A stretch of DNA of 63,794 nucleotides, the filler included, from Collodictyon triciliatum (taxonomy: Eukaryota), in the NCBI GenBank assembly GCA_043381765.1. It is 6 parts of 6 records of this genome, joined end to end, with 100 filler letters (N's around TTAATTAATTAA, not from the genome) between each part and the next. Parts side by side here need not be neighbours in the genome. Positions count along the whole stretch, not along the records: positions 1 to 12,448 come from JBHJMP010002163.1; 5 more parts are not named here. The stretch is one strand, 5' to 3'. A program made the translations under genes and the position numbers. The notes beneath the pieces are model-generated. The model was given only the letters and a program-made list of their open reading frames with translations, searched no databases and was not told the DNA's origin. This document shows, in pieces, positions 1 through 11,284 of this stretch (the first letter of the stretch is position 1; every line of letters begins with the position of its first letter).

Positions 1-3000
1 AAATGAAAAGAGAGCTGGTATTTTCATTATGGAGAATATGGTGGAGCTCCAGTCGACATCGAAGTTCGCCAGATATGACAAAACTTGAAAATGAGATGCA
101 AGTGTTTTTAGTATCTGTATTTTTGCCGTCTTTGGTTGTCTTGATTGCTCTATCATGAATAAAACAAACAACAGAGGTACTGCAATGCTGAGGAAAACTA
201 AAAATCCACTCGTTCCTTGGTTGGGGCATTTAGTGCAATAGACACCAGTCTTACCAAAAGCCTTTTCACAAACACTGCATAAAGCTCCGGTATATCCTTC
301 AGCACATGTATTATTCCCTCCATTGCAAGCATCTTCATTTAGGCATTTGTAAGCTTTGTATTCTCCATCCAATGTTGGTGCTTGCCAATACCCAGGTGCA
401 ACACTCGGCTGACTGCTTCCATCACAAACAAAACCTTTTGGACAATCTTTGCATTTATTGGTCTTTGAATCATAATATGTCGACGGAATACACTTGCAAT
501 CTTCAATTGATATTGATGCAGTCATATTTGTGAATGAATTTATTGGGCATTCTTTGCACAATGTCTGTCCATAATTTTCATTGTAAGTGCTAAGTGGGCA
601 TTCATAGCAGTTCTGCTTTTCATACCATCCAGGTTTGCATTCGCAAGTGGAGTTTCTGAGTTCAAATCCAGTACTACAGATACAATCGGTTGAATTCACC
701 GAGCCATTATTTTTTGTGGTAAATTTATCACCGCATGAAAGGCAGAAATTTGTGTCGCGTGTTGACTTGTATGAACCTATTCTGCACGGAACGCATTTAT
801 TTCCATCCTCGAATTGTCCTGGAGGGCACGTGCAAGCACCATTGAATGATATATATGAATGCAAGCACGTGCAATTATGGATTGATTCAGAGCCTTTTGT
901 GGTTGTTGTTGAGCGAGTAGGACATGAATTGCAAGAAGAGCTTCTCTCTGAGCTGTAGCTACCTTTTGGACATGAAATGCACGACGATTGATCAAATAAG
1001 CCGGTTTTGTCGTTGAATGTGCCAGATGGACACGATGTGCATGACGCTTGACCATACCTATCATTCCAAGTGCCTTGTGGACATTCAACGCATGACGAGC
1101 TTCCATATGATCCGGAGTTGGAGTTGAATGTGCCTTTTGGACAAGCATAACATGATTTTGAGTCTTTTATTATTTCTTCTTTTTGAAAGTATCCTGATGA
1201 GCATAAGCTGCATGATGCGCTTCTTTCTGAGCTGTAGCTTCCATTTGGACATTCAATGCATGATATTTGGCTGAATGAACCAGTTTTGTTGTTGAATGTA
1301 CCAGGTGGACACGGTGTGCATGATGCTTGACCATCCTTATCATTATTCCAAGTGCCTTGTGGGCATTCAATACATGATGAGTTGCCATATGAGCCTGAGT
1401 TTGAGTTGAATGTGCCTTTTGGACAAGCATAACATGATTTTGAGTCTTTTATTATTTCTTCTTTTTGATAGAATCCTGATGAGCATAAGCTGCATGATGA
1501 GCTTCTTTCTAAACTGTATCTTCCATTCGGACATGAAATGCATTGCGATTGATTGAATGAGCCAGTTTTATTGTTGAATGTACCGGCTGGACACGGTGTG
1601 CATGATGCTTGACCATACCTATCATTCCAAGTGCCTTGGGCACATTCAATGCATGATGTATTGCCATATGAGCCGGAGTTGGAGTTGAATGTGCCTTTTG
1701 GACAAGCATAACATGAGTTTGGGTCTTTTATTATTTCTTCTTTTTGATAGAATCCAGATGAGCATAAACTGCATGATGCGCTTCTCTCTGAGCTGTAGCT
1801 TCCATTCGGACATGAGATACATGATGATTCATAAATTGAGCCAGTTTTATTGTTGAATGTACCAGCTTGACATGATGTGCAAGATGCTTGACCATCTCTA
1901 TCGTTCCAAGTACCTTGTGGACATTCAATACATGATGTGTTTCCATATGAGCCAGAGTTTGAGTTGAATGTGCCTTTTAGACAAGTGTAGCATGATTCTG
2001 AGTCTTTTTTGATTCCTTCTTTTTGATAGAATCCTGGTAAGCACAAACTGCATGATGAACTTCTCTCTGAGCTGTAACTTCCATATATACATTTAATGCA
2101 GGACAATTGATTGAATGAGCCAGTTTTATTGTTGAATGTACCAGCTGGACATGATGTGCATGATGCCTGACCATCCTTATCATTCCAAGTACCTTGTGGA
2201 CATTCAATACATGATTTGTTTCCATATGAGCCGGAGTTTGAGTTGAATGTGCCTTTTGGACAAGCATAACATGATTTTGAGTCTTTTGTGATGTTTTCTT
2301 TTTGATAGAATCCTGATAAGCATAAGCTACATGATGTGCTTCCGATTAAGCTATAGCATCCATTTGTACATTTAATGCATGAAAATTGATTGAATGAGCC
2401 AGTTTTATTGTTGAATGTGCCAGATGGACACGATGTGCATGAAGCTTGTCCATCTCTACCATTCCAAGTGCCTTGTGGACATTCAATACATGACTTGTTT
2501 CCATATGAGCCGGAGTTTGAGTTGAATGTGCCTTTTGGACATGCATAACATGATTCTGAATCTTTTGTGATTCCTTCTTTTTGAAAGTATCCTGATAAGC
2601 ATAAGCTGCATGATGAACTTCTTTCTGAACTGTAGCCTCCATTTGGACATGTAATGCATGATGATTCATCAAACGAGCCAGTTTTATTGTTGAATGTACC
2701 AGCTGGACATGATGTGCATGATGCTTGACCATCTTTATCATTCCAGGTACCTTGTGGACATTCAATACATGATTTGTTTCCATATGAGCCGGAGTATGAG
2801 TTGAATGTGCCTTTTGGACAAGCATTACATGATATTAAATCTTTTATAACTCCTTCTTTTTGATAGAATCCTGATAAGCATAAGCTGCATGATGAGCTCC
2901 TATCTGAGCTATAGCTTCCATTTGTACATTTAATGCATGAAAATTGATTGAATGAGCCAGTTTTATTGTTGAATGTGCCAGATGGACACGGTGTGCATGA

Positions 3001-6000
3001 CGCTTGACCATCTCTACCATTCCAAGTGCCTTGTGGACATTCAATACATGATGAGTTGCCATATGAGCCTGAGTTTGAGTTGAATGTGCCTTTTGGACAT
3101 GAATGACATGATTTTGAGTCTTTTATGATTCCTTCTTTTTGAAAGTATCCTGATGAGCACAAACTGCATGATGCACTCCCAGATAAGCTGTAGCTTCCAT
3201 TCGGACATGAGATACATGATGATTCATAAATTGAACCAGTGTTGTTGTTGAATGTACCAGCTGGGCATGATGTGCATGATGTTTGTCCATCTCTATCATT
3301 CCAAGTACCTTGTGGACATTCAATGCATGACCAGTTGGCATATGCACCGGAGTTTGAGTTGAATGTGCCTTGTAGACAAGCATAGCATGAGTTTGAGTCT
3401 TTATTGATACCTTCTTTTTGATAGAAACCTGATGAACATAAGCTGCATGATGAGCTTCTAACTGAGCTGTAGCTTCCGTTTGGACATGAAATGCATGATG
3501 ATTGATTGAATGAGCCAGTTTTATTGTTGAATGTCCCAGCTGGACATGATGTGCATGATGATTGAACATCTCTATCACTCCAAGTACCTTGTGGACATTC
3601 AATGCATGATTTGTTTCCATATGAGCCGGAGTTCGAGTTGAATGTGCCTTTTGGACAAGCATAACATGAGTTTGAGTCTTTTGTGATTCCTTCTTTTTGA
3701 TAAAATCCTGATGGACATAAGCTGCATGATGCGCTTCTTTCTGAGCTGTAGCTTCCATTCGGACATGAAATACATGACGATTCATTAAATGAGCCTGTTT
3801 TGTCGTTGAATGTTCCAGCTGGGCATGATATGCATTCTTCTCTTTGTTTATTACCATAACTACCCTTGGGACATTTAAAGCATGAAGAATTTGAATTTGA
3901 ACCAAATTTTGGGTTATATGTTCCGTCAGTACAATTAGTGCATTCAGTCTGACCTAAATATGGATTGTAAGAACCAGATGGACAAAGTTCACAAGTCGAT
4001 TCCCCTGATTTAGACGAAAATTTTCCTCTTTCACATAGTTTACAATCGCTAATACTCGCAGATGTGACATTTAAATTATAATAACCAGCAGGACATTTCT
4101 CGCAAAAGGTTGCTTTCGTAGAGTTTGAGTAAGTTCCTGGTTGGCATGGTAATGGAGCAGATGCCCCTTTTTCTGACACGTAAAATCCAGGTTTACTTTC
4201 TTGGCATCTCGATTGACCTTCAACTCCGTTGTAAGTGCCAGGCTCACATCGAACACATGAAGAATTTGAAGTTGCCATGAAGTCCACTCCATAAGTTCCT
4301 GTTGGACACATAGAGCACGATTCCAAACCAAATTTATCGCCATAAGAACCTGCGAAGCATTTGAGGCAAGAATTGTAAAGAGAACTAGACCTCTTGCTCG
4401 GGTTATATGTTCCAGGGACACAACTTCTACAAAAGGATTGTCCTGAAAAAGGATTGAATGTACCGATATCGCACGGTTGACATTCAGAATCACTAATTGA
4501 GCGATCATGGGAGTTGTAAGTGCCTGAGGGACAACTGATACATGAACTCTGGTCATTTAGATTATAATATGTTCCCTCTGGACATGACTTGCAATTATTT
4601 GAGAGCCAATCTAAATAAAATCCTAATTTACAAATATTCCATATTTTTATCGTCGTATCCCAGCTTCCACTTCCAGATACAATTTTTGAGCCATCAGGAG
4701 TAATAGTAACACTTGTAACAGTATCGGTATGACCATTCAATGTGTGAATCAAACTTCCATCAGGAAGATTCCAAATTTTGACGGTTTTATCACCACTTCC
4801 AGAAACAATTTTCGAACCATCAGGGGCAACAGAGACATCTGTTACATAATTGGAGTGACCAATCAATATGCGAATCAAACCTCCGTCAGAAATAGTCCAT
4901 ATTCTTATTGTATTATCATAACTTCCAGAGACAATTTTTGTACCATCAGGAGTAACAGAAACACAAGTAAGACGACTGGTATGACCAGTCAATGTGCGAA
5001 TCAAACTTCCATCGGAAAGATTCCAAATTTTGACTGTTTTATCACCACTTCCAGAAACAATTTTTGAACCATCAGGAGTAACAGCAACACTGTAAACTCC
5101 ATCAGTATGGCTAGTAAGAGTGCGAATCAAACTTCCATCAGAAAGATTCCAGATTCTGATTGTTCTGTCAGCACTTCCAGAAACAATTTTTGAACCATCA
5201 GGGGTAGTAGCAACACTGTAAACTCCATCAGTATGGCTAGTAAGAGTGCGAATCAAAGCTCCATCAGAAAGCTTCCATATTTTGACTGTTCTGTCAGCAC
5301 TTCCTGATATAATTTTTGAACCATCAGGAGTAGCAACAACACTGTTAACACCAGTATGACCAGTCAATGTGCGAATCGGGGCTCCATCAGAAAAATTCCA
5401 AATTCTAATAGTGCTATCTGGACCACCTCCAGCTCCTGATATTATTGTTACACCATCAGGAGTAGCGGCAACACTGCCAATCCAATCAGTATGGCCAGTC
5501 AATGTGCGAATTGAATTACCATCATAAATATTCCAAATTTTGATTGTACTGTCAGAACTTCCTGAAACAATTTTTGAGCCATCAGGAGTGACAGTAACAC
5601 AGTAAACATCGCTAGTATGACCAGTTAATATGCGAATAATTGCTCCATTAGAAAGTTTCGAAATTTTGATATCGTCGCTTCCAGAAACAATTTTTGAGCC
5701 ATCAGGAGTGACAGTAACACCGTAAATAGTACCAGTAAAGTCACGGCCTGCCAACGTGCGAATCAGAGCTCCATCAGAAAAATTCCAGATTTTGACTGTT
5801 TTATCGCCACTTCCAGAAACAATTTTTGAGCCATCAGGAGAAACAACAACACTATTAACATTACTAGTATGACCAGTCAATGTGCGAATCAAAAATCCAT
5901 CAGAAAGATTCCAGATTTTGACTGTTTTATCGCCACTTCCAGAAACAATATTTGAACTATCCGGGGTAACAGCAACACTGTTAATACCATCAGTGTGACC

Positions 6001-7191
6001 AGTCAATGTGCGAATCAGAGCTCCATCAGAAAGATTCCAAAATTTGACTGTTTTATCGCCACTTCCAGAGACAATTTTTGAGCCATCAGGAGTAACAGCA
6101 ACACTGTTAACACTATCAGTATGACCAAACAATGTGCTAATCAATCCCTTCTCGAAAATATTCCAGATTTTGATTGTTGCATCAGCACTTCCAGAAACAA
6201 TTTTTAAACCATCAGGAGTAACAGAAACACTACGAACCTCACTAATATGACCAGCCAATGTGCGAATAAAAGCCCCATCAGAAAGATTCCAAATTTTGAC
6301 TGTTTTGTCATCACTTCCAGAAACAATTTTTGAGCCATCAGGAGTAACAGCAACACTGTTAACACCATCAGTATGTTCAGTTAATGTACGAATCAGAGCT
6401 CCATCAGGAAAATTCCAAATTTTGATCATTTTATCGCCACTTCCAGAAACAATTTTTGTACCATCAGGAGTAACAGCAACACTGTTAACATTATTAGTAT
6501 GTCCAGTTAATGTGCGAATCAAAGCCCCATCAGGAAAATTCCAAATTCTGACTGTTTTATCATAGCTTCCAGAAACAATTTTTGTACCATCAGGAGTAAA
6601 AGCAACACTGTTAACAGCACTGATATGTCCAGTTAATGTGCGAATCAGAGCTCCATCAGAAAGATTCCATATTTTGATTGTTTTGTCATCACTTCCTGAA
6701 AGAATTTCTGAGCCATTAGGAGTAACTTCAACGCTGTTAACGACACTAGTATGACCAGTCAATGTGCTAATCAGAGCTCCATCAGAAAGATTCCAGATTT
6801 TTATTGTTCTGTCTTCACTTCCAGAAACGATTTTTGAACCATCCGGAGTAATAGCAACACTGCGAACATCACCGTTGTGACCAGTCAATGTGCGAATCAA
6901 AGCTCCATCAGAAAGATTCCATATTTTGATCGTATTATCACCACTTCCAGAAACAATTTTTGAGCCATCAGGAGTAACGACAACATCATGAGGACCAACA
7001 GTATGACCGCCTATGGTGTAAACTTGGTTTTCTTGTCCTTCGACTTGAAAAAATTGGAAGCAGATTATCAATCCTAAAAATATGAATTCATTTAAATTTC
7101 TGTAAAAATTCGATATAAAAATAGGATTAATTTCATAAATCAACGCACCAAAAATCCAAAAGGGTGCACGAGATTTATAATTCAACCTCAT
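1..7191 (-). CDS. Giant surface-receptor-like protein: probable signal peptide + ~19 WD40 repeats + Cys-rich (GCC2/GCC3, Ephrin_rec_like-type) tandem stalk + multi-TM module; 3'-partial
   Basis: ATG at 7191 (MRLNYKSRAPFWIFG...). The segments translated by hand share one frame down to base 1; the ORF track lacks it, consistent with no stop inside the window. WD40 units such as GHTDTVTSVTITPDGSKIVSGSGSWDTTIKIW run straight into CKSCPEGTY/CPAGTFNNKTGS repeats, then CAEGYTGALCSVC, a hydrophobic helix (GFLVFLSIAVPLLFVLFMI) and KIQILKTLASHFQVLSYLANFDVDW. Confidence 0.9.
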   Translation of the reverse strand, partial: MRLNYKSRAPFWIFGALIYEINPIFISNFYRNLNEFIFLGLIICFQFFQVEGQENQVYTIGGHTVGPHDVVVTPDGSKIVSGSGDNTIKIWNLSDGALIRTLTGHNGDVRSVAITPDGSKIVSGSEDRTIKIWNLSDGALISTLTGHTSVVNSVEVTPNGSEILSGSDDKTIKIWNLSDGALIRTLTGHISAVNSVAFTPDGTKIVSGSYDKTVRIWNFPDGALIRTLTGHTNNVNSVAVTPDGTKIVSGSGDKMIKIWNFPDGALIRTLTEHTDGVNSVAVTPDGSKIVSGSDDKTVKIWNLSDGAFIRTLAGHISEVRSVSVTPDGLKIVSGSADATIKIWNIFEKGLISTLFGHTDSVNSVAVTPDGSKIVSGSGDKTVKFWNLSDGALIRTLTGHTDGINSVAVTPDSSNIVSGSGDKTVKIWNLSDGFLIRTLTGHTSNVNSVVVSPDGSKIVSGSGDKTVKIWNFSDGALIRTLAGRDFTGTIYGVTVTPDGSKIVSGSDDIKISKLSNGAIIRILTGHTSDVYCVTVTPDGSKIVSGSSDSTIKIWNIYDGNSIRTLTGHTDWIGSVAATPDGVTIISGAGGGPDSTIRIWNFSDGAPIRTLTGHTGVNSVVATPDGSKIISGSADRTVKIWKLSDGALIRTLTSHTDGVYSVATTPDGSKIVSGSADRTIRIWNLSDGSLIRTLTSHTDGVYSVAVTPDGSKIVSGSGDKTVKIWNLSDGSLIRTLTGHTSRLTCVSVTPDGTKIVSGSYDNTIRIWTISDGGLIRILIGHSNYVTDVSVAPDGSKIVSGSGDKTVKIWNLPDGSLIHTLNGHTDTVTSVTITPDGSKIVSGSGSWDTTIKIWNICKLGFYLDWLSNNCKSCPEGTYYNLNDQSSCISCPSGTYNSHDRSISDSECQPCDIGTFNPFSGQSFCRSCVPGTYNPSKRSSSLYNSCLKCFAGSYGDKFGLESCSMCPTGTYGVDFMATSNSSCVRCEPGTYNGVEGQSRCQESKPGFYVSEKGASAPLPCQPGTYSNSTKATFCEKCPAGYYNLNVTSASISDCKLCERGKFSSKSGESTCELCPSGSYNPYLGQTECTNCTDGTYNPKFGSNSNSSCFKCPKGSYGNKQREECISCPAGTFNDKTGSFNESSCISCPNGSYSSERSASCSLCPSGFYQKEGITKDSNSCYACPKGTFNSNSGSYGNKSCIECPQGTWSDRDVQSSCTSCPAGTFNNKTGSFNQSSCISCPNGSYSSVRSSSCSLCSSGFYQKEGINKDSNSCYACLQGTFNSNSGAYANWSCIECPQGTWNDRDGQTSCTSCPAGTFNNNTGSIYESSCISCPNGSYSLSGSASCSLCSSGYFQKEGIIKDSKSCHSCPKGTFNSNSGSYGNSSCIECPQGTWNGRDGQASCTPCPSGTFNNKTGSFNQFSCIKCTNGSYSSDRSSSCSLCLSGFYQKEGVIKDLISCNACPKGTFNSYSGSYGNKSCIECPQGTWNDKDGQASCTSCPAGTFNNKTGSFDESSCITCPNGGYSSERSSSCSLCLSGYFQKEGITKDSESCYACPKGTFNSNSGSYGNKSCIECPQGTWNGRDGQASCTSCPSGTFNNKTGSFNQFSCIKCTNGCYSLIGSTSCSLCLSGFYQKENITKDSKSCYACPKGTFNSNSGSYGNKSCIECPQGTWNDKDGQASCTSCPAGTFNNKTGSFNQLSCIKCIYGSYSSERSSSCSLCLPGFYQKEGIKKDSESCYTCLKGTFNSNSGSYGNTSCIECPQGTWNDRDGQASCTSCQAGTFNNKTGSIYESSCISCPNGSYSSERSASCSLCSSGFYQKEEIIKDPNSCYACPKGTFNSNSGSYGNTSCIECAQGTWNDRYGQASCTPCPAGTFNNKTGSFNQSQCISCPNGRYSLERSSSCSLCSSGFYQKEEIIKDSKSCYACPKGTFNSNSGSYGNSSCIECPQGTWNNDKDGQASCTPCPPGTFNNKTGSFSQISCIECPNGSYSSERSASCSLCSSGYFQKEEIIKDSKSCYACPKGTFNSNSGSYGSSSCVECPQGTWNDRYGQASCTSCPSGTFNDKTGLFDQSSCISCPKGSYSSERSSSCNSCPTRSTTTTKGSESIHNCTCLHSYISFNGACTCPPGQFEDGNKCVPCRIGSYKSTRDTNFCLSCGDKFTTKNNGSVNSTDCICSTGFELRNSTCECKPGWYEKQNCYECPLSTYNENYGQTLCKECPINSFTNMTASISIEDCKCIPSTYYDSKTNKCKDCPKGFVCDGSSQPSVAPGYWQAPTLDGEYKAYKCLNEDACNGGNNTCAEGYTGALCSVCEKAFGKTGVYCTKCPNQGTSGFLVFLSIAVPLLFVLFMIEQSRQPKTAKIQILKTLASHFQVLSYLANFDVDWSSTIFSIMKIPALFSF
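915..3830 (-). repeat. Coding tandem repeat, ~279 bp (93 aa) x ~10, Cys-rich stalk
   Basis: acaagcataacatga-like anchor recurs near 1141, 1423, 1702, 1981, 2260, 2539, 2818, 3097, 3376 and 3655; each unit has several CxxCPxGT/SY motifs. Confidence 0.92.
4640..7010 (-). repeat. Coding WD40 array, ~126 bp (42 aa) x ~19, high internal conservation
   Basis: ccagaaacaatttttgagccatcaggag recurs about every 126 bp; translated consensus LxGHTxxVxSVAVTPDGSKIVSGSxDxTVKIWNLSDG. Confidence 0.93.
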
Positions 7192-9090
7192 TCTACATAT
7201 AATGTGAATTTTGTTAAAAGAATATACCGGAGTCATTAAAAAGGCATGCCTTATATTTAATTTCGATATCATGTTACTTTTCTAATATTAATCTAATCAC
7301 ACATAATATTTGTTTAATTTATCACTATAATTACTTATATTCATTAAATTTTCGCAAAATTACTATTCAAGTATGTAATAATAAAAAGAATGGCTAAAAT
7401 CCACGTATTTAGTTGAAATGGTATTTATGACTTTGTAATTTTTCTTATACAAGAATAATTTGTTTTTGTTTTTGGATAAATTTTGTCCCTCAAACTCTCA
7501 AAGATTCAATTATAATGATCGTATATTTTGATTCAAAATAATTATCACAACGTAAACGTAAATTAGGGAGATATTATCATGCTGCTGTATTCTTATAAAT
7601 GGTAATTTATTAAATACTTATAATGATGGGTACAGTACGTATGTTTATTTATTCGTATGCGATTATTTAATTAAATTTTATAAAATAAATTAATTATAGA
7701 TTTTAAGATATATTCAAACTTAATCTAATTCATTTCATAAAAATAAAAAGTAAAAATTGGTAATGCAATTAGTAATTATACAAATTATGATTTTAATTTT
7801 ACATTGTGTTCAATATTTTCTATTGGACCTTCAACCTTATTTTTGTAAATTCATCTATATAATATAATAAATAGACCATAATTTATTAACACAATCGAGA
7901 TAATCACTAGGCGGATATAGTTTTTAGCACAATAATATTTAAGTGTACTATTAAAATACATAATATCATTTCGAAAATCAATTGAATCATCTACTTAATA
8001 TGATTGAAATAAATATTTTCAAAAATTTATGATGTAATAAACATATTAAGTTTATAATTTTTTAAGGAGCGGGAAAATAAATTTATTGATCATAGTTTAC
8101 CAGATGAATATCATGAAAATGATTTGAGATTTGTAAGATAATATGGTGACGGATAAGCTCTTAGTATTTGTAGATTTTTAGATTATTCCTAAACTATAGA
8201 AGCCCTCTCATAAGTAGTCAGTAGAAACTGTTTTTTCATAATAATTTACCAACAGATTATAGCATTAGAGCGAAAATTAAATAATATATTTCATATGAAT
8301 TAACGGCAAGCACCTATATAAATCATCATCAATATAATAGATAATATTGATCATGTAAAAGGGATAAAATTATATTTAATATAATGAAAGAGAAGCATCT
8401 ACCAGATAAAATAAAATGAAAATTAAATTTATAAACCAGAAATTTGCTTTTTTTTCATGGCATTTACTCAAATATTTATATGTAAATATACGGTAGATTA
8501 TTTTATTTTTAATATCTTTTGAATCATGCATTCAGACTAAAAAGTGAAAAAAACAAAATTTTAAAAAAATTATGTAATTAAATATATAATTGATCAGAAG
8601 TGAAATCATGAATATAGTTTTATAAGTTTTTCGAACATGTTGTTAACAATAAACATTTCAATACATAAAATCAGACATGATTTAATGTTTGAAATAGTTT
8701 TTCATGAATTTTTATTATAAAAAATTCAGCTTTTAACATAATCTTTATGTATAAGTTATTTATTGAAATTTACAGTTGTAAGACTAATTTATGCATAATA
8801 TACACTTCAAGAGGTAGTTCTTTACATTAAATTATATCATCATAATCGTAAATATCATCTAAAATATTTAATTAATAAAATTTAATTAAAATTTTGAAAA
8901 GATGAAATTAATCCATTACAAATCGATTTAGTGCACTAAAATTCGTAAATAGGAATATAATAAAATGAAATAGTTTAAATATCTTATTGAAGATAAATGG
9001 TCCCTTAACAAATATTTGATTCTTCTTAGGAATAAATGAAGTCATCAATTCAATATAATTGATTATGTTACAAGTTTAATCTGTAAATTA

Positions 9091-9191
9091 TCCGCCACCC
9101 GACCACCAATTAGCGTTCATGCAATAGATGACTTGCGAATCAAAGCCAATATCTCCACCATCCTGCAAAAATTGAAAGGAAGAATAAAAAA
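9091..9191 (+). mobile_element. 5'-truncated non-LTR retroelement 3' end with A-rich tail
   Basis: Clear diverged copy of 11577-11681 (tccgccaccc...caccatcctgca...aattgaaaggaagaataaaaaa). Confidence 0.7.
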
Positions 9192-11284
9192 GAATAATAA
9201 ATAAATTAAATAAAATTATTAATATATTTTAAACAGAAAATAAATTGGAATTTTACTAGATTATCGGATTCACTCTAGCATTTAAATGACTGCGAATGAG
9301 ATGCATTGTTAATTTAATTTTTGATATGATCAAATTACGAGTTATTTATAATCAATTTTTTCGACAATTTATTATCATATCACAATATAAAATCATTCTA
9401 AAAACATATTATAATATCGTTAAACAAAAAACTTAATTTTCTTTAATCTCTAACAATTCTGGATATTTTATCGTAATTAATTATTTTAGATAGTAATAGT
9501 TATCATTTTATATTAAAATAGTCAAATTTTAATCTTTTGGTTCGAATAACTGAAATACATTCAAATTTGTGATTATGAGATTATTTTAAATATATTGAAA
9601 ATTTTTTTGGTTTCTTTTCAACAGTTTAGAATTATATTGAAACTTATTCAAACAACGTGACAAAAAACTTGAGAACAAAAATCGGTGCAAATGAAGACCT
9701 TTTTGAGTCAAATTTCAGCGAAATTCAAAATAAAAATTGAGTTTTGAATCTATTATAATAGGCATTAATAAAATGTTTCAATAACATTGTATACTAAATG
9801 AAATGAAGAAGAAAAGGAAAGTTCCTAATAACTATAAATATTTATTTTTTTCGTTTTAATATTTCAATTAAATCATAGTAAAGTCTATCTTTCTAAACAA
9901 GAACACATTCACTTTTGAGTAAATGTGTTTATGCAGTTATATAATATTTGATGGTCATGTTTTTACATAAATAACAGCATATTCTACAAATTTAATCTGG
10001 GCCATTACCTTTGAATTTTAATGACTGAGAATAGAAAATTTCGAGCGATAAGCTATTAATATCTATGCTAAAATTTGGTGATTTTTTGAAAAAATAACCC
10101 AATATTTGAAAATTAAGTAAAAATAAAACAATCTATTTTAATTTCAGTGCAGAGTTTATCATTTGAAAAAACCAAAAATTTCCAATAAATAATATAATAA
10201 AATATTAAATAAGTAATACATATACATATATATCAATTGTTGATAACATACTAACCTCATGAATGAGCATTTTATATTAATAATATCTCTCATATACTTA
10301 GAATTTGAGGAGAATAAAGTGTTTTATTGGGTAATATGACTTAATTTACTATAAATATAGTGGTATTAATAAAAAATCAAATAGATTCAAAATAGAAGAT
10401 CAATTTTTTACATATCGATCCTCGACACGACATCTTATTTTCACTTAGAAAGTCAATATGACAGTCAGTAGGGCACTAATCGGAGTCATACTCTATGTTA
10501 ATGTATAAAATTATTACATGTCTCTAATATTGAATGCATTGTAATTTGGTAACTACATATTTTGATGTTATAATGATTTCAGCAATTCCAAGAAATTAAG
10601 GAATAGAGAAACGAATAGAAAAGAAAACAGACCAACATGGTCGATAGAAAAGAAAAACTAATTATTGTAAAACCAATAGAGGTCAAATGTTGGATGTAAG
10701 AATAAAAATTGAAAAAAAATGTCTAGATGATTCTTCACAATTCAGGCAGCTGAACAATCAGGGCTCTGATACCCACCCAACTCCTGAAAATCGCTAAAAA
10801 CTACTTAAAATCACGAATTGATTACCATTGGCAAATAGTATGGTGATATAATAACAATCCAGTGCGAGCTCCTATGATGAAGCAAGGTTGAGGAATATTG
10901 ATAAATCGAAGCAGAATTAGTATTATCCTGCAATGAGCAAAAAGTGGGATGAAACATGGCATTGACGATCCCAAAGCACTTAGCTAGCAATTATACTGAT
11001 AGACAAGCACCCTGCACCAAGCATATAATACTGGATAAGTGAATTTTTTTTTTATTAAATATGCAGATGCATAAGTGTTTTAAAATCTATGAAAATTGGT
11101 CGATACCATCCTGACTCAAGAGTTTTGCAAGTTATAATAAATGGAGTAAAATAGTACAATGACGATTCATGGAGTAGGCAATATCTATTAGCTAATGTAA
11201 GCATTTCAGTCATAATCACTTTTTATATTTTGGGAAGCTCTATCATTTCCAAGTGTTTTGTGTGATATTTCAAATTAAAAATAG

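Noticed and set aside
777-4556. His/Ala-rich repeated ORFs (MLVQKAHST...) in the ORF track
   Set aside because: Off-frame shadows of the real Cys-rich frame of the 1-7191 gene.
4640-7010. CRISPR-like repeat/spacer periodicity
   Set aside because: Units are in-frame WD40 coding repeats without unique spacers; no cas genes.
1-7191. Possible alternative genetic code, since the giant gene is absent from the ORF track
   Set aside because: The absence is explained by the ORF running off the window without a stop; Gln is encoded by CAA/CAG and Trp by TGG, and other genes end in standard stops.
8060-8420. Exon-like fragment (ERENKFIDHSLPDEYHENDLRF|GTAAG) in the AT-rich intergenic region
   Set aside because: Following sequence is full of stops and has no recognisable domain; at most a decayed pseudogene.
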